From assembly GCA_951406725.2 (NCBI GenBank), contig OX597817.1:169570001-169634000 (forward strand): a stretch of 64,000 nt of DNA, given 5' to 3'. Shown piece after piece: positions 36,157-48,670 of the stretch (its first letter is position 1; every line of letters begins with the position of its first letter). A program made the translations under genes and the position numbers. The notes below the pieces were generated by a model. The model was given only the letters and a program-made list of their open reading frames with translations. It had not been told where the DNA came from and searched no databases. The stretch comes from Octopus vulgaris. Its lineage: Eukaryota.

Positions 36157-36534
36157 ATCATCATCATCATCATCATCATCGTTTAACGTCCGCTTTCCAT
36201 GCTAGCATGGGTTGGACGGTTCAACTGGGGTCTGGCAAGCCAGAAGGCTGCACCAGGCCAGTCAGATCTGGCAGTGTTTCTACAGCTGGATGCCCTTCCT
36301 AACGCCAACCACTCCGAGAGTGTAGTGGGTGATTTTATGTGCCACCGACACAGGTGCCAGACGAGGCTGGCAGACGGCCACGCTCGGATGGTGTTTTTTA
36401 TGTGCCACCGACACAGGTGCCAGACGAGGCTGGCTGACGGCCATGCTCGGATGGTGTTTTCTTATGTGTCACCGACACAGGTGCCAGACGAGGCTGGCGG
36501 ACGGCCATGCTCGGATGGTGTTTGTTACGTGCCC
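36157..36534 (-). mobile_element. Repeat family D with about 3 internal units, inside the triplet array
   Basis: Nearly identical to 32312-32570 and 10413-10928. Confidence 0.85.
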
Positions 36535-36926
36535 TTATTATTATTATTATTATTATTATTATCATCATCATCATTATTATTACTCTAACTATTACTATTA
36601 TTATTATTATTATTAAAGACGTCGCACAGTATACAATATCATGAGGTTGTTGATTGAAGATGTTGTGTCTACAGGGGGTTTGCACTGTTTGTCAAGTCAC
36701 AACAAGGACCTCAGACAGACAGTACTTTACTCAATAAGCAATTTTGCAAAGTTGTCATTTATACTTGCTTGCAAGTTATGGTCAAGTTTTGAGCATCTCT
36801 CTTTCTCTCCCTCTCACACACACCACACACACACTTCCTGTATGTGTGTGTGTGTGTGTTGTGTAAAGATATGTATATGTGTATAACTAAACTTATATAT
36901 TTCAAATGCTTTTTCTTTTTTTACAG

Positions 36927-37168
36927 AAACTGTAACCAATGCATGCGTGACTTATACTGTGGTTACTGCTACATGGATACTTTCCGAGGTTCAGTCAATA
37001 GCTCCTGTTTACCAGCAGATTATGATAACCCTTGGTTATCAACCAAAGGCCGCTGCAATTCTACCTACTTACCTGGGAAACTTACCTGGGCTTATGACTA
37101 CTGTCCTACACCATATGCCTGGATGCCCATGGTTGGATTAGTTCTTTATCTTGTTTTCTTTGCTCCAG
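36927..37168 (+). CDS. SLC2A13: HMIT-like exon, Cys-rich extracellular loop and TM10
   Basis: TTACAG acceptor; NCNQC..YCGYC..NSSC..GRCNST..WAYDYCPTPY..LYLVFFAPG. With the previous exon this gives 8 Cys and two N-glycosylation sequons, the loop typical of HMIT/INT transporters; donor GTATGG at 37169. Confidence 0.95.
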
Positions 37169-37329
37169 GTATGGTACCACTCTTTGACTAGCTTGTATTA
37201 CTTTCCATTGTGCTTGCTTCTAAAGTAGCAATCTACTGTGTTGTGTAGTGGTGCAGTGGTTATGTTAGCATAGTTGTGTGGGGGATGTAGTAGTGTTGTG
37301 GTGTGCTATGTTAGCTGCAATTGTGTGTT

Positions 37330-37631
37330 GTTTGTTCCTTCTTGAGCCATGCCTGGCTCGTAAGGGCCGGTTTCCCGGTTTCTTAGCGTATAGGTTCCCC
37401 ACCTGGACGGGATGCCGGTCCATCGCAGGTGAGCTGCAAGATGCAGGAGGAAAGAGTGAGAGAAAGTTGTGGTGAAAGAGTCAGCAGAAGTTTCACCATT
37501 ACCTTCTGCCGGAGCCATGTAGAGCTTACGTGTTTTGCTCATAAATACACACATCGTCCGGTCTAAGATTCGAACCCGCAATCCCTCGACCGCAAGTCCA
37601 CTGCTCTAACCACTAGGCCATGTGTCTCCAC
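37330..37631 (-). mobile_element. tRNA-derived SINE, head H1 with tail shared with 25419-25665
   Basis: TGGCCTAGTGG / GGTTCGAATC boxes on the minus strand; tail CCTGCGATGGACCGGCATCCCGTCCAGG..AACCGGGAAAC. Confidence 0.75.
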
Positions 37632-37736
37632 AATGGTGTAGTGATGTATTGGCTGTAGTAAGTGGTGCATTGAATTGGCTGTAGTATGGATGGAATGTGT
37701 TGGTGTGATAGTGTTGTGGTGTATTGCATTGGCTGT

Positions 37737-38052
37737 GTGAAGGCACATGGCTTAGTGGTTATTTGACTCACTATAATAAGGCCGTGAGTTCGATTCCTGG
37801 TGACATGTTGTGTCCTTGAGCAAGACACTTCGTTTCACTTTGCTCCAGTTCACTCAGCTGGCAAAAATGTGTTACACCTGTAATTTAAAAGGGCCAGCCT
37901 TGTCACATAATGTGTCATGCTGAGTCTCCTTGGGAAATACATTAAGAATAAATATGTCTGTGGAGTACTCAGCCACTTACATGTTAATCTCACAAGCAAG
38001 CTGTTCCATTGATCGGATTAAGAGGAACCCTTGTCATTGTAATTGATGGAGT
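37737..38052 (+). mobile_element. tRNA-derived SINE, head H2, same family as 481-810
   Basis: Shared head and TCTGTGGAGTACTCAGCCACTT tail. Confidence 0.75.
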
Positions 38053-38638
38053 ACCTATTTCTTTACTACCCACAAGGGGCTAAACACAGAGGAGACAAAC
38101 AAGGACCGACAAATGGATTAAGTCGATTACATCGATCCCAGTGCGTAACTGGTACTTAATTTATCGACCCTGAAAGGATGAAAGGCAAAGTCGACCTCGG
38201 CGGAATTTGAACTCAGAACGTAGCGGCAGACAAAATACGGCTATGAATTTTGCCCGGCGTGCTAACGTTTATGCCAGCTTGCCGCCTTAACTGATGGAGT
38301 ACCGGTTAGTAACATAGTGTAGTGGTGTGTTGGCAGCAGTATTATAGTGGTGTGTTAAGTCTGTTGTAGAAGTGAGTCTGTGGTAGTGTGGCAGTCTCTT
38401 ATGTTGACTGTAGTAATGTTGGCTGCAGTAGTATTGTGTTGCTGTAGTTGTGTGGAAGTGTGTTGGTTGTAGTACTGTAGTGGTGTGTTGTTTTATTACA
38501 TTATTAAACATTTACTGGTAAATTTGTGTGATAATAATACAGACTTCTTATAAGGGGATAATAATGATCTCAGGTATACATTAGCACAGATCTCATAGGA
38601 TAGAACAGATCACAGATCTCATAGGATAGAATAGAACA

Positions 38639-39055
38639 AGGCGGCAAGCTGGCAGAAACGTTAGCACGCTGGGCGAAATGCTTAGCAGTATTTCGTCTGT
38701 CTTTATGTTCTGAGTTCAAATTCTGCCAAGGTCAACTTTGCCTTTCATCCTTTCGGGGTTGATTAAATAAGTACCATTTATGCGCTGAGGTCAATATAAT
38801 CGACTTAATCCGTTTGTCTGTCCTTGTTTGTCCTCCCTGTGTTTAGCCCTTTGTGGGTAGTAAAGAAATAGGTATTTCCTCTGTCTTTACGTTCTGAGTT
38901 CAAATTCTGCCGAGGTCGACTTTGCCTTTCATCCTTTCGGGGTTGATTAAGTAAGTACCATTTATGCGCTGGGGTCAATATAATTGACTTAATCCCTTTG
39001 TCTGTCCTTGTTTGTCCCCTCTGTGTGTAGCCCCTTGTGGGCAGTAAAGAAATAA
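38639..39055 (+). mobile_element. SINE family C, partial tandem dimer
   Basis: Same monomer junction (AAAGAAATAG|GTATTTC) as 8674-9090. Confidence 0.8.
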
Positions 39056-39144
39056 GAATAGATCACAGTTCGAGATGATATTAAAGACCTCAAATAAGAA
39101 GGTACTAAAGATTTCAGGTGAGTAACATTATAAGCCATCAGTTA

Positions 39145-39360
39145 TATGAAGGGGTGCTGAAAAGTTCCTGGCTTTGAGTAAAAGAAAATACAGGAGGATC
39201 TGCTAATTATGATTTTATTCAACATATTCTCCTCTCAGATTCACACACTGCAGTGATCTTTCAGTTTCTCTAAGCCCTGTAAAAGAACTGGAAAGGTTGG
39301 GCCTCAGCCAGGCCTTTTGCGATACCCTTAATGCCAGCAACTTTATTGCACTCACTCGTA
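39145..39360. mobile_element. Mariner-type MITE
   Basis: Imperfect 28-bp TIRs TATGAAGGGGTGCTGAAAAGTTCCTGGC / GCCAGCAACTTTATTGCACTCACTCGTA with TA ends. Confidence 0.6.
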
Positions 39361-39700
39361 TATAACTGTGTTGCCAACACAGTAATATATAATGGATATC
39401 TCATACAAGAATTTGCTTTAAGTAATCCTAAATGATACTGCGTATGAACTATGATATTAACACTCAACATTGAGTGACAGTCTAGTTTGGGGATAATAAA
39501 ATGAAAGTGGTTAGAGAGCTGCACTCAGCTCTGAGTGGCAGCTCTGTTACTAAGTAATAAAGCATTAGAGCTGCCTCGATTTCTGAATATTTTTTCTGGT
39601 TTTACAATTGAAACAAGTTTAGGTTCTAACATATAAGACCGGTAAGAAATCTTTTAATATGAATAAATGCTGAAAATTATATTGCTTTCTGATATTGCAG

Positions 39701-39853
39701 GAATGGGTCCTATGCCATGGACCATTAATTCTGAGATCTACCCATTGTGGGCACGAAGTACTGGTAATGCAGCAGGCACTTTTACTAACTGGTTTACCAA
39801 TTTGATTGTGTCAATGTCTTTCCTTAGTCTGACAGAAGTTCTTACAAGACATG
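39701..39853 (+). CDS. SLC2A13: HMIT-like exon ([22 protein letters not shown]...LTEVLTRHG), ends at a GC donor
   Basis: TTGCAG acceptor ending 39700; GPMPW and [10 protein letters not shown] motifs; only G|GCAAGT at 39854 gives the phase-1 junction required by the last exon. Confidence 0.92.
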
Positions 39854-40625
39854 GCAAGTTTCCAATTCCATTTCTACATTTCTCCTTTAAATTCCTTCCT
39901 TTCATGCCAACATATTCACCCAATAAACATTTTTCAAACTTCAGAGAAGATTTTGCTAAAATGTTTTCCTTTGAAGTATATTGGATACAGCCTTAAACTT
40001 TCATTTATATGTGTATATTAATCCTTCAAGTAGAATTTCTCTTTGTTTCCATATGGAAATACAAAAATCAAATCTCAAGTAAATTTTACTCTTATCTTTG
40101 AGGCAACTCTGTTAATCAAAGCTTTTTATCACCAACTTCTAAAAAGAAGCAAGAGATGTACTTATCAAAAGTACATCTTATCAAAGCAACAGTGTCTTCT
40201 CAGTAATCCCTACAGAAGGAAAATACATTTGATCTCTGGCATCTCAGCACTTTGTCTGCTTTTACCCACTAACTTCTGATCTACTATCAATAACTAATTC
40301 AAAACTCTGTTAATGTGTTTGCTTTTATATTCTCTTCATATATAAACCATTACACATGTACTTACTATTTAAAACAATGATGTATAACAACGGTTCAACC
40401 AAAGTATATAAATAAGTAGATTGTTAGATAATTAGCTAAACCCAAACTTATTTATTTTGTGATATTGCATTTCTTCATGTTTTCAGTTCAAATTTTTCAC
40501 TGAGACTGACTGTGTCTTTTACAATCTCCAAATTCAATGAAATACAAATCAGTCAAATCCTGTAGTTGAAATAATCAATTTTATTTCTTACCATAAATTT
40601 AGCCTTTGCCTCCAGTAGAAATCAA

Positions 40626-40626
<1 letters not shown>

Positions 40627-40694
<68 letters not shown>

Positions 40695-40732
40695 CATCAT
40701 TATTATTATTATCATCATTATTATTATCATCA

Positions 40733-40790
<58 letters not shown>

Positions 40791-40839
40791 CATTATCATC
40801 ATCATCATCATCATCATTATTATTATTATTATTATTATG

Positions 40840-40888
<49 letters not shown>
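40627..40888. repeat. (ATT)n/(ATC)n microsatellite
   Basis: Direct reading. Confidence 0.95.
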
Positions 40889-40890
<2 letters not shown>

Positions 40891-41210
40891 TCTGCCTTCA
40901 CTAAGGCAGAGGTATTGTTTTCAGTTCAGTTTGTTTGTTTGTCCCATGGACAAGATATCTCAAGAACCGCTGGATGGATTCAGATGAAACTTTCAGGGAT
41001 GTTTGGCCTCATGACGGATTAGATTTCGGGATCGATCTGGTACCAGACAAAGATTTGGGATTATTTTTCCTGTTTTCTTACTTAGTTTTCTTGAAAGCAG
41101 TCAGGTTCATTTTTAATATTCTCATTTGTGAGAACAGTCGAGTTTATTTCAGATATTCTCATTTCTAAAAATCATCTCTGGCTAATTGTTGAGAGGACGT
41201 TGGTCATCTC
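40886..41210 (+). mobile_element. Helentron-associated (HINE/DINE-1-like) non-autonomous element
   Basis: Starts TTACCTCTGCC..GGCAGAGGTAT hairpin, (GTTT)n, then GATATCTCAAGAAC..TGGATGGATT..GATGAAACTT, an architecture typical of such elements; right end uncertain. Confidence 0.5.
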
Positions 41211-41340
41211 TGGCTAATTGTTGTATTGTACTATATATTCTATGTTTTGTAAAATGACACTTTAAGGAACTTTTTTAAGTACTACCGGATTACTTGAATC
41301 CATATATGTGTGTGTGTGTGTGTATATATGTGTGTGTATA

Positions 41341-41405
<65 letters not shown>

Positions 41406-41444
41406 GTATATATATATATATTTATGTATATATATATCTATATA

Positions 41445-41486
<42 letters not shown>

Positions 41487-41598
41487 CATACATACATTAA
41501 TAAATTCAGAGTAGTAAAAAATTATTTAGAAATTTTTTACCACCAGTGGCCTAGCGTGTAGAAAAACTAGTCAATAGACTATATATTATTCATTATAA

Positions 41599-41932
41599 AT
41601 ACAGTGTACATTTAAACACATAAGAGATGGCCATAATAGGACATCTAACCTGCTAGAAGGAGTAGTTAAAATCCAAACCACTATTAGGGGTAATTTCGAA
41701 AGGGAATGAAAACTAAAAATATTTACCATCTATTTCCTGGACCATGGTTTCAAGCTATTTTTACTTTATTTGCTGAAGATAGCTTGAAATCATGGTCCAG
41801 GAAATAGACGGTAAATGTTTTTATTTTTCATTCCCTTTCGAAATTACCCCTAATTGTGGTTTGGATTTGAACTACTCCTTCTAGCAAGTTAGATGCCCTA
41901 TTATGGCATCTCTTATGTGTTTAAATGTATAC

Positions 41933-41939
<7 letters not shown>
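41599..41939. repeat. Long inverted repeat (arms about 160 bp) with hammerhead-like motif at the centre
   Basis: 41599-41760 is the reverse complement of 41775-41939; TTTG-CTGAAGA-TAGCTT-GAAA-(T/C)CATGG-TC-CAGG at 41769-41801. Confidence 0.88.
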
Positions 41940-41995
<56 letters not shown>

Positions 41996-42120
41996 TGGCT
42001 CAGCATCACGAACGAAGATCAGGAAGGCTGTCCACGTCGCGTGCATGCACACTCATGACTGACAAGTCCGATATGGAAAAGGCAGGTCTGTGAGCAGTTT
42101 CCACATATATATATATTTTA

Positions 42121-42321
42121 GTATGTGACCTCGTGAATACCACCGGCGATTTTTTTCCTCTGTCCTCCCGTCTCAGGATCTTTCCTTCTCCTATGTTTCC
42201 GACGAAGAGCTCCGCTCGAAATGTCAAACCCTCCTTCTTCCCTTCTTTCCTGAGCGTCCAATAATACTTTATTTGTTCCACATCCTTGCGTTGTTGTCTT
42301 TTTGTTTTCTTGTTTGGATTA

Positions 42322-42325
<4 letters not shown>
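42121..42325 (+). mobile_element. Family G (TA)n-embedded repeat with minimal hammerhead motif (42195-42229)
   Basis: GTTT-CCGACGA-A-GAGC tcc GCTC-GAAA-TG-TC-AAAC; homologous to 5897-6113. Confidence 0.65.
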
Positions 42326-42385
<60 letters not shown>

Positions 42386-42536
42386 TATATCAATATATAT
42401 GTGAATCATGAATATACTCACACACACACATGCATCTGTGTTTATATGTATCTGAATAAAATGCTTTAAATGATGTATGTGAACAAACTTTAATATTGAA
42501 CTGACCAAACTTTTATCCCCTTTTCTCTATTTACAG

Positions 42537-42757
42537 GAACATTTTGGTTATACACAACACTTGCACTGCTGGGAGGTATTCTGCTAGCATTTATCTTGCC
42601 AGAAACTAAAGGCAAAACCCTGGAGGAAGTCGAAGGTGTTTTTGCCAAGTCTTGGTGTGCGCAAGGTCCAATTTTACCATCCGTCAAATCTATACAGTAT
42701 GTCCACATACGTGGTTTAAATCGGGACGGAAGGGAGTCAGAACTGGATTCTCCTTAG
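42537..42757 (+). CDS. SLC2A13: HMIT-like terminal coding exon (TM12, PETKGKTLEE, C-tail, stop TAG)
   Basis: Not in the ORF track. TTACAG acceptor; GTFWLYTTLALLGGILLAFILPETKGKTLEEVEGVF...IQYVHIRGLNRDGRESELDSP*; TAG at 42755-42757. Confidence 0.94.
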
Positions 42758-43090
42758 GAATAACACAATAATGACAGCTGCACACTTTGGAACAGATCTA
42801 TTTCTTCTTTTTAGCAGAGCCAGTATTCCATCTCCAATATTTGGCAGTTTAGTGGTAAATAATTAGAAAAATTAATGTTTTACAGATCTGATTCTCTCCT
42901 TCTCTCTCTCTCTCTCTCTCTCTCTCTTTAACTGTTTCATCCTTTCTGTTTCCTCCTCTCTTCCTCTTTACAATACTCATTTACATACAGTTGCACCCAG
43001 ACACAGACACACAGACACACATATGCAATACATGCATACATTTTCAGATGCTCTCTTCTTTTGGAGGCCACACCACAAACACACACAGAG

Positions 43091-43224
<134 letters not shown>

Positions 43225-43764
43225 AATGTTGTTGAGTCGAGGCTTTTTGCATCCCTGCTCTGAATAACACACAAAAGTCAACAGCCAAGTACATTAATTA
43301 ATTTTACTCAATAACATGTAGTATACACACACACTTACGTATATACACTTATATGCTTAAATACATTTATATATATACATATACACAAATGTATACATAT
43401 ATACACACACTCACAGACATAACACTCACACACACACACACATGCTATATATTTGTATACATACACATGAACATACATACACTCTCTTAGTAAGTAACAT
43501 GGTGATTAAAAACCCGTTACACTGATCAAAACATTCACCAAAGTCTTATAAAATGTAGTATATAGTGCTCCCAATTACTCACCAATTAACCAACCAGCAA
43601 CACATTTAGCTTCATCTATTAATTAGTTTTGATGTAATCAATTGTTGAGTTAATTAATTTCTGTGAGATAAACAGACTATCAAATGTTAGTTCGTACCAT
43701 TGTTGGTAAACTAGACTGTAGTGAAAAATTACAAAGATTTAACAGCAAGTACAGTAAAAGCTAT

Positions 43765-43808
43765 GCTTTGCTGATGAGGTCAGAATAAGACCGAAACACG
43801 TCTGGAGT
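43765..43808 (+). ncRNA. Minimal type-I hammerhead motif, family F, intact core
   Basis: GCTTTG-CTGATGA-GGTC agaataa GACC-GAAA-CACG-TC-TGGAGT; stem I pairs mostly by G-U wobble. Confidence 0.65.
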
Positions 43809-44303
43809 TGTCTCCCATACTTTCTGGTAATAATAGAAATAGTATTAGTCATGGACTAATATTATTATTTTTCTTAACGTATAATTATTTCTAGTTAGCT
43901 TTTTAAAGCTCTTGCATTAAATTTATTGATGCAAATTTAATAATTAAAATTTCTTTCCCATGCTGTAGCATTTCTGAAGAATTAATATCTTTGACTTCAT
44001 GTTTGATAAATTCAATCAAACAAGTCTTCTGGAAGATTCTGCAAACAGGTCCATCTTCAGCAGTAATCATGGCAATATGATAGTTTCTGCTCCTGTTACA
44101 CTTGTTTCTGCTTCCATGGTTATTTTAAAGTGATCGGTGTGTTTGCTTGTGGCCGTGTGTGTGCACGTACATGTTCATGTGTGTGTGTGTGTGTGTGTGT
44201 GTATCATTTGGAATATATACAAGTGGAGCATATTACATTCTCAAAGGTTTGCATCGGAAGAATATTCTTGTTATAAAAGGATTTTAAAAATCCTATGAGG
44301 CAT

Positions 44304-44309
44304 AATAAA
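44304..44309 (+). promoter_or_regulatory. Candidate polyadenylation signal of the SLC2A13-like gene
   Basis: First AATAAA I found after the stop codon; weaker ATTAAA variants occur earlier (e.g. about 43505). No transcript evidence. Confidence 0.3.
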
Positions 44310-44636
44310 ATATGCTTAGAGTAATGGCATTTGTCTGCAAGAAAAATGATATATCATAAAATCTGATTAATGTATATATGTGTGTGTAAGGTAGCGAACT
44401 GGTAGAATTGTTAGCACACTGGACAAAATACTCAGTGGCATTTTGTCCATCTTTATGTTCTGAGTTCAAATTCTGCTAAGGCTGACTTTGCCTTTCATCC
44501 TTTCAAGGTCGATAAAATAAGTACCAGTTGAACACTGGGGGGGAGGGGGTAGGTAATTGGCTTATTCCCTTTCTCAAAATCGCAGGCCTTATGCCAAAGT
44601 TTGAAATCAATATATATGTGTGGGTGTGGGTGTGCG

Positions 44637-44673
<37 letters not shown>

Positions 44674-45019
44674 TGTATTATGGCCATCACTTGGAATCAA
44701 GGCTGCCTTTGTAGCTTGTACCATGCTTTTACCAAATGTTTTAGATGCCCATGTAATTTACATGCAGATATAGATAGCATCTTGCTCTCTCAATTCCCCC
44801 ACCCTCGACTCAGGATGAAAGGGACACAGACACACACATATATGTATGTATACACATACATTCATACATATACTCAAAAATGCACACACACACACACACA
44901 CACAGATAATTAAAATTAATTAATCAAAGAAGGAGTGTTGATGTTCATGATCTTTGAAGGCATTCCCAGGCTGGCAAGATCAATGCAAATGTTGTTTATA
45001 TATAAACGTGTGGGTTACA

Positions 45020-45060
45020 TGTTTGTATGTGCATGTGTGTGTGCGTGTGTCTGTGAGAGA

Positions 45061-45116
<56 letters not shown>

Positions 45117-45145
45117 ATGCATTTTTGTGTATGTCTGTGAGAGAC

Positions 45146-45178
<33 letters not shown>

Positions 45179-45212
45179 ATGTGCATGCATTTTTGTGTAT
45201 GTCTGTGAGAGA

Positions 45213-45252
<40 letters not shown>

Positions 45253-45302
45253 ATGTGTGTGTGTGTGTATGTGCATGCATTTTTGTGTATGTCTGTGAGA
45301 GA

Positions 45303-45338
<36 letters not shown>

Positions 45339-45372
45339 ATGTGCATGCATTTTTGTGTATGTCTGTGAGAGA

Positions 45373-45408
<36 letters not shown>

Positions 45409-45442
45409 ATGTGCATGCATTTTTGTGTATGTCTGTGAGAGA

Positions 45443-45488
<46 letters not shown>

Positions 45489-45586
45489 ATGCATTTTTGT
45501 GTATGTCTGTGAGAGACTGTGTGTGTGTATATATGTGTGTGTGTGTGTGTGTATGTGCATGCATTTTTGTGTATGTCTGTGAGAGA

Positions 45587-45622
<36 letters not shown>

Positions 45623-45789
45623 ATGTGCATGCATTTTTGTGTATGTCTGTGAGAGAGTGTGTGTGTGTGTATATGTGTGTGTGTGTATGTGCATGCATTT
45701 TTGTGTATGTCTGTGAGAGACTGTGTGTGTGTGTGTATATATGTGTGTGTGTGTATGTGCATGCATTTTTGTGTATGTCTGTGAGAGAC

Positions 45790-45822
<33 letters not shown>

Positions 45823-45919
45823 ATGTGCATGCATTTTTGTGTATGTCTGTGAGAGAGTGTGTGTGTGTATATGTGTGTGTGTGTATGTGCATGCATTTTT
45901 GTGTATGTCTGTGAGAGAC

Positions 45920-45950
<31 letters not shown>

Positions 45951-45987
45951 ATGTGCATGCATTTTTGTGTATGTCTGTGAGAGACTG

Positions 45988-46020
<33 letters not shown>

Positions 46021-46055
46021 ATGTGCATGCATTTTTGTGTATGTCTGTGAGAGAC

Positions 46056-46088
<33 letters not shown>

Positions 46089-46123
46089 ATGTGCATGCAT
46101 TTTTGTGTATGTCTGTGAGAGAC

Positions 46124-46156
<33 letters not shown>

Positions 46157-46190
46157 ATGTGCATGCATTTTTGTGTATGTCTGTGAGAGA

Positions 46191-46228
<38 letters not shown>

Positions 46229-46290
46229 ATGTGCATGCATTTTTGTGTATGTCTGTGAGAGAGTGTGTGTGCATGTGTGTGTGTGTATGT
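45020..46290. repeat. Compound minisatellite, about 17 units of roughly 62-90 bp
   Basis: Fixed core GTATGTGCATGCATTTTTGTGTATGTCTGTGAGAGA separated by variable (GT)n. Confidence 0.95.
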
Positions 46291-46675
46291 ACTTTCCCAA
46301 AATACACTCATACACACAGTCGAATGAAGTCTATATGGTTTCATTGGATCGGTAGAATTTGGAAGTTAGTAGAACTGCATTATTTCATCCTATGTATCAC
46401 CAACCGACATTAGTATCTCACCAAAAATACTAGGACACAATTAGATTTACACTTTCCACTCCATTTACTGCTGCTCCTGCTACTACTGCTGCTGCTTTTG
46501 GCTTCTTTATTTCCTCATTTCTTTCATTCAATCTCCTTTCTTCTTCAATCTCTTTCTGTGATAGAGATAGAGGGGTAAGAGAGGAAAAGGCTTATAGTAA
46601 GAGAGAGAGAAGAGGAGTTGATAGAAGGATTGAGAGAGAATGGAGACAGAGACAGAGACAGAGAGAATGAAAACT

Positions 46676-46712
<37 letters not shown>

Positions 46713-47079
46713 AAGAGTAGGAGGGAGAAAGGCAGAAGCTGTGACAGAGGTTGTGGGAAAGAAAGTGAGCGAGGGTGCAAAAGGGAGAATACTTAGAGAG
46801 AGAGAGAAAGAAAGAGTAAGAAAGAGTGAGAGGGAAAGAATTACAGATGGAATATCCTTAAAAAGAGTGAGAGAGAATTAAAGATAGATAAAGAGTGAGA
46901 GAGAGAGAGAGAGAAGTAGAAGCAGATATAAAGATGTAGAAAGAATACAGAGAGGAGGAGTGATCTTTTTTTATCTCGTCTTCTGTATGGACGTAATGTA
47001 TGTAATAATTGCTACTTAATATCTCTGTGTTAAACATTGATCAGGGAATGACTGTAATACTGTGCTAATATGCAAAGAT

Positions 47080-48670
47080 GGTGGTGGTGGTGGTGCAACG
47101 TGGCAGTAGATGTGGGTTAACGTCATAGTAGTGGTGGGTTAACGTCATTAGTGTTGGTTAATATGATGTCAGTAGTGTTGAGGTAATATAGCGGCTGTGG
47201 TCAGTTAACTTGTCATTATTTGTAGGTTAATATTTTCGATGGTGGTCGGGCGGGGTAATATCTTGGTGGTGGTTAGATAATATAGTGGTTGCAGCCAGTT
47301 AACCTGTTAATAGACAGTGGGTTAACATGGAAGTGGTGGTATGGGGCAACATGTCAGTGGTGACTGGGGCAACGTGTTTGTGGTGGTGATATGTTAACAT
47401 CATAGCAGTGATCAGTTAACCTATCAATGGTAGTGACCCAGTATGTACCAGGAGGTGCAGTAACATGTCAGTGATAGTGGGGTAATATGGCAGTTGTGGT
47501 CAGTTAACCATTAAACAGTGATGGGTTAACATGTGAATGATGTTGGGATAACATAGCAGTTATAGTCAGTTAATCTGATTGTACTGATGAGTTAATATAT
47601 CAGTGTTGGTGGGATAACATGTCAGTGATAGTGGGATAACTTCTCAGTGGTGACAATAGGTTAACATCATTGTTAACCTATTAAGTTAAAATGTCATCGA
47701 TAGTTTATTAACTTGTCAGTGCTCATGAGAAATCATATCTGTGGTGGTTAGTTAACCCATCAATAACAGTGGGTTAACATGTAACTGGAGGTGCAGTAAA
47801 ATGTCAGTGATGTTGGGATAATATGGCAGTTGTGCTCAATTAACCTGTTAATAATGTGTTAACATGCCAGGGTAACATGTCAGTTATCCCATCACTAACA
47901 TGGGATAACATGTTAGTGATGGTCAAGGTTAACATTATTGTAATGATGGGTTAACTTGTCAGTGGGGGTAGAGGAACTTGTCAGCACTAGTGGAAAAACA
48001 TACATGTGGTGATGAGGAAATAGAGTAGTGATCAGTTAACCTTCCAATAGTAGTGGGCTAACATGTCAGTGCTGGTGAGATAACATACAAGTGATGATGA
48101 TAGGTTAACATAATAATGATGGGTTAAAATTTAAATGCTGGAGGGATAACATATCATTGATGGTGATGGGTAACATCATTGCAGGGATGGGTTAACGTGT
48201 CAATGCTAATGAGGTAACATATCAGACATATCAATAATGCTGGTGGGGTAACATCCTAGTAATTGGTTGTAATTAACATGTTAGTACCTGTGGGATAATG
48301 GGATAATATGAAAGTTATAACCAGGTAACCTGTCAGAAGTTGTCAGGTAAGATGGTGTTGTGAACGGACATCGCAATAGTAGCGGTAGTTTGTTAACATG
48401 TCAAGGAAGCTGGGTTACCATATAAGTGTACATGTCAGTTGTGGGGTAAAATGTCAACAGTAGTGGGATAACAGTGGATCAACATAGAAATGATAGTGGA
48501 TCAACATATCTGTATTGATGAGGTATTATGTTAGTGGTGTTGGAACATATCAGTGGATGTGGGATAACAGGTTAATAGTTGTGGGGTGACTCCATTGTGG
48601 TAGGGTGAGATAACGTGAGTGATATATTTACAGTAATGGGTTAATGTGATTGTAATAGGGATGTTAACTT
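47080..48670. repeat. Old degenerate satellite, about 21-bp period (GTGGGTTAACATGTCAGTGAT-like)
   Basis: GTTAAC/GATAAC/GGTAAC followed by ATGTCAGT recurs dozens of times. Confidence 0.75.

Noticed and set aside
44980-46344. Three 430-454 aa His/Thr-rich ORFs
   Set aside because: Translations of a stop-free (GT)n-based minisatellite, open in all three minus-strand frames; no coding signal.
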